From Elusimicrobiota bacterium (GTDB lineage Bacteria; CG03; SLGR01; JBDRKX01), in assembly GCA_043813605.1 (NCBI GenBank), contig JBDRKX010000047.1, positions 1 to 64,000 of the forward strand: a DNA stretch of 64,000 nucleotides, given 5' to 3'. A program made the position numbers and the translations under genes. Below, piece after piece: positions 60,101 through 63,100 of this stretch; position 1 is the first letter of the stretch, and every line of letters begins with the position of its first letter. The notes beneath the pieces are model-generated. The model was not told where the DNA came from and searched no databases. It worked only from the letters and a program-made list of their open reading frames with translations.

Positions 60101-63100
60101 GGCTGAATCCTATCAATTTCGCAATATACCTGGCTAATCCTGACTCGAAATACCTGTGGAATTGTGCCAGGTAATCAGTCTCCTGTTTAGCACAGCTTAT
60201 AGAAATCAAATACGGAAAATTCGGATGTTTGCTGGCTTTGCGCATCATATCCTGCCACAACTGAAGGTCCTTTGATCCCGGCCACAACTGTAATACAAGG
60301 TTGGTTCTGCCTGTAAAAGCCTTATATAATTTCCAGAACAGGTACTGCCCGGTTAATGTAAGATAGTTTTTCGCGCCCCTGCTGTATCCGTTGAGAGCCG
60401 CATTCTGAATAAGTCCCGTCGCAAGTCCCGATTTAAACTCATCCGGTTTCAGTTCACCATTTTCATCAAAGAACATAGTCGAGATCATATATGTGGTGAA
60501 CAGGCCGCCCACGCTTATTCCCATCGGGATTATAATCTTCTTGTCCGCGAACAGGCCGTCGCCATTGTTCAGATGATCGTATGCCTGCCAGATATGTTCT
60601 GCTATGTTTTCCCGCAGGGTCTTTTTTATCGTCTTGAATATCTGATCAGGATATGAATGTCCCGCAATGAGTACCGAATGGTTCTTAATAAGATCCAAGC
60701 CTGTTCCGCTTATATAGTATATACCGAAAAGCCTGTCATAAGAGTATCTCTTGATCCACCCGTGTATAGCATCGAGCTCTATCTTTCCCTGTGTAAAGAT
60801 TATCGCGGATTCAGTTCCGTCATCAAACCATAATTCAAGGTCCTCGTCTTCAACCTCTCTTTTCTGTCGAGGGGGAAAAACACTTGCAAATATTTTTTTG
60901 ATACGGCTGGGTTTGGCAATATCGACCGGGTGGGTATATGCAATGATATAATCTTCTACATACTGGACTGTCTTATTGAACGCTTCTATATCTCCGCGGG
61001 CATAATACTGCTCCAGGAACAATAGAATACGCTGCACCTTTGGATCCTCTTTCATTTCAGCATCTTCCACTTTCTTGATGATATCATTGACCTTCCTGCC
61101 CAGCATCTTCTTCCTGGCAAAAGTCAGCCAATGCCCGGGAGCTACAAACCTGAACGTCTTATGCCAAATCTCAACCTGTTTTTCTTCAATATTTACGAAA
61201 TCGAGCTCATTATACTTCTTGGCGTTGTCCATGGCGTCCATGAACTGCCTTATTACCTGAGCCGTGCCCCTGTACCTTACATTATCCCCCTGGACATCTT
61301 TACCGACAATTACATTATCGTATTCCGAAACATATTGCTTCATTCCGAGAAAAACAGAGAGCAATGATTCGTCTTCAATATCCCACAGGAAACTGTCTGC
61401 CGTAGAATCACCCATTGCCAGTATCATACCTACGGTATGTTTTCTCCTGATGAAATCCCTGACGCCGTCAGACTTGTTATAGAGGCTCATCTTCATAAAA
61501 GCATCACCGAAACTCGGATAGTACTCGTTTTTGGGAAGTTCTATTCCTCTTGCCGAAAGTATGCTCAATGCCTCGTTGAGCGCCATCTTTGTGTCTATAC
61601 TGTCCAGTTTATTGTCATTATCAAGTATTACCAGCTCCGAATCGAATACCTGTATTTCCGTACTTGAGTATCTTTTTATAGCATTCTTGAATATCTGGTT
61701 GACATCGGTATAATTACCCGCTTCTTCCAATGCCGTGACAGCTTTTTCAAACACATCCTGTCTGATGATCACATTATTAAACAGTTTCAGGTAAGCGATC
61801 GTGAACGCTCTTGCAATTTCAAACTGCATTTTAGGATCGAATGTTTTTTTTGTGTCTTCAGAAGTCTTTCTTTCAACTATTTTCTCTTTTCCGTTATATG
61901 TAAAAGAGGTATTCTGTGCGCCTGAAAGAGATATGATCTCAAGGTTCTCCATATACTTTTCAGTAACATTCTTTTTCATCAACTCCAGTATAGGCTTAAT
62001 AACACGGGTATTAACCGCTTCTTTTTCAAATCGGATCTGCTTTTTGATGTGTTTTTCAGAATCCGGTGAATCGTATATCTTAACAGTCTTGATCTCTTCC
62101 GCCTGTGTACCGCTCACAAGAAGCACTTTTATTCCTGCTTCAAGTGCTTCTACGACAATTTTAAGGTTATCTCCTTCAAGCGGAGAAAGCTCGTCACGGG
62201 TAAGCGTCCGGTTAATATCAAGGACGATAGTCCTCAGATCTACTTGTCTATCGGATTTTATCAGATTATCCAGCGCACTGGTTTTTTCGGTTATCGGTTC
62301 TTTACCCACGATCAACCGGCGATATTTTTTGGCCTGAATAAATCTTACCCATGGACTTTCGGATATCTTATTAAAATACAATTCCTCGTCGATATCTGTG
62401 GCAGAAGGGATAATATTTACGGCACCGTCATCCACATAATAGGCTTTCAGTTCACCGTTGTTTATCTTCCCTATGACTATATTATCCGGTTTCCAGCCGA
62501 AATCTTTCACATTTACATTGTTATCTATCAGCCCTCTTATCAATCTACGTACCAGCTCCATTTCTTCCGTTGTCATCGAGCCGGCTTTTATATTCAATGT
62601 CTTTCCTACAACCCGCTCTGAGACAATATACTTGAAAGAACCGGCAAAACCTTTACTGATTATTCCGGGAGACAATCCCAATCCGGACAGTTTTTCAAGC
62701 ATCCTTACTTCTTCAATAAAAGTGTTTTCAATACTGTCTTCGACATCCCACCTGCCTATTTTTATTACCCTGTCCGGATAGAACGGATGGACAAAAGCGC
62801 CTCTTGAAATATGTTCCGCCTCTTTTCTGATACCTTCCATTTCTATAATCAGCCGGTTTTGACTGTCATCATATTGAAGAACGGGTTCTTCGGCAGGTTT
62901 TTCTGCAACTATTGCAAGCGGTATCTTTGGAAGGAAATCGAATCTAGTGGCTATATGCCTGTTATAGAAATGTACAGATATGTTTCCTATGGAATGTAAT
63001 AGCGCTAATATTCCGGCTACAGCTATTGCCGGAGTAATCCCCTGACTTAAAAGAGTCAGGGCTACCGGTACAGCCATAGCCATCGAATGGACCGCAAGGA

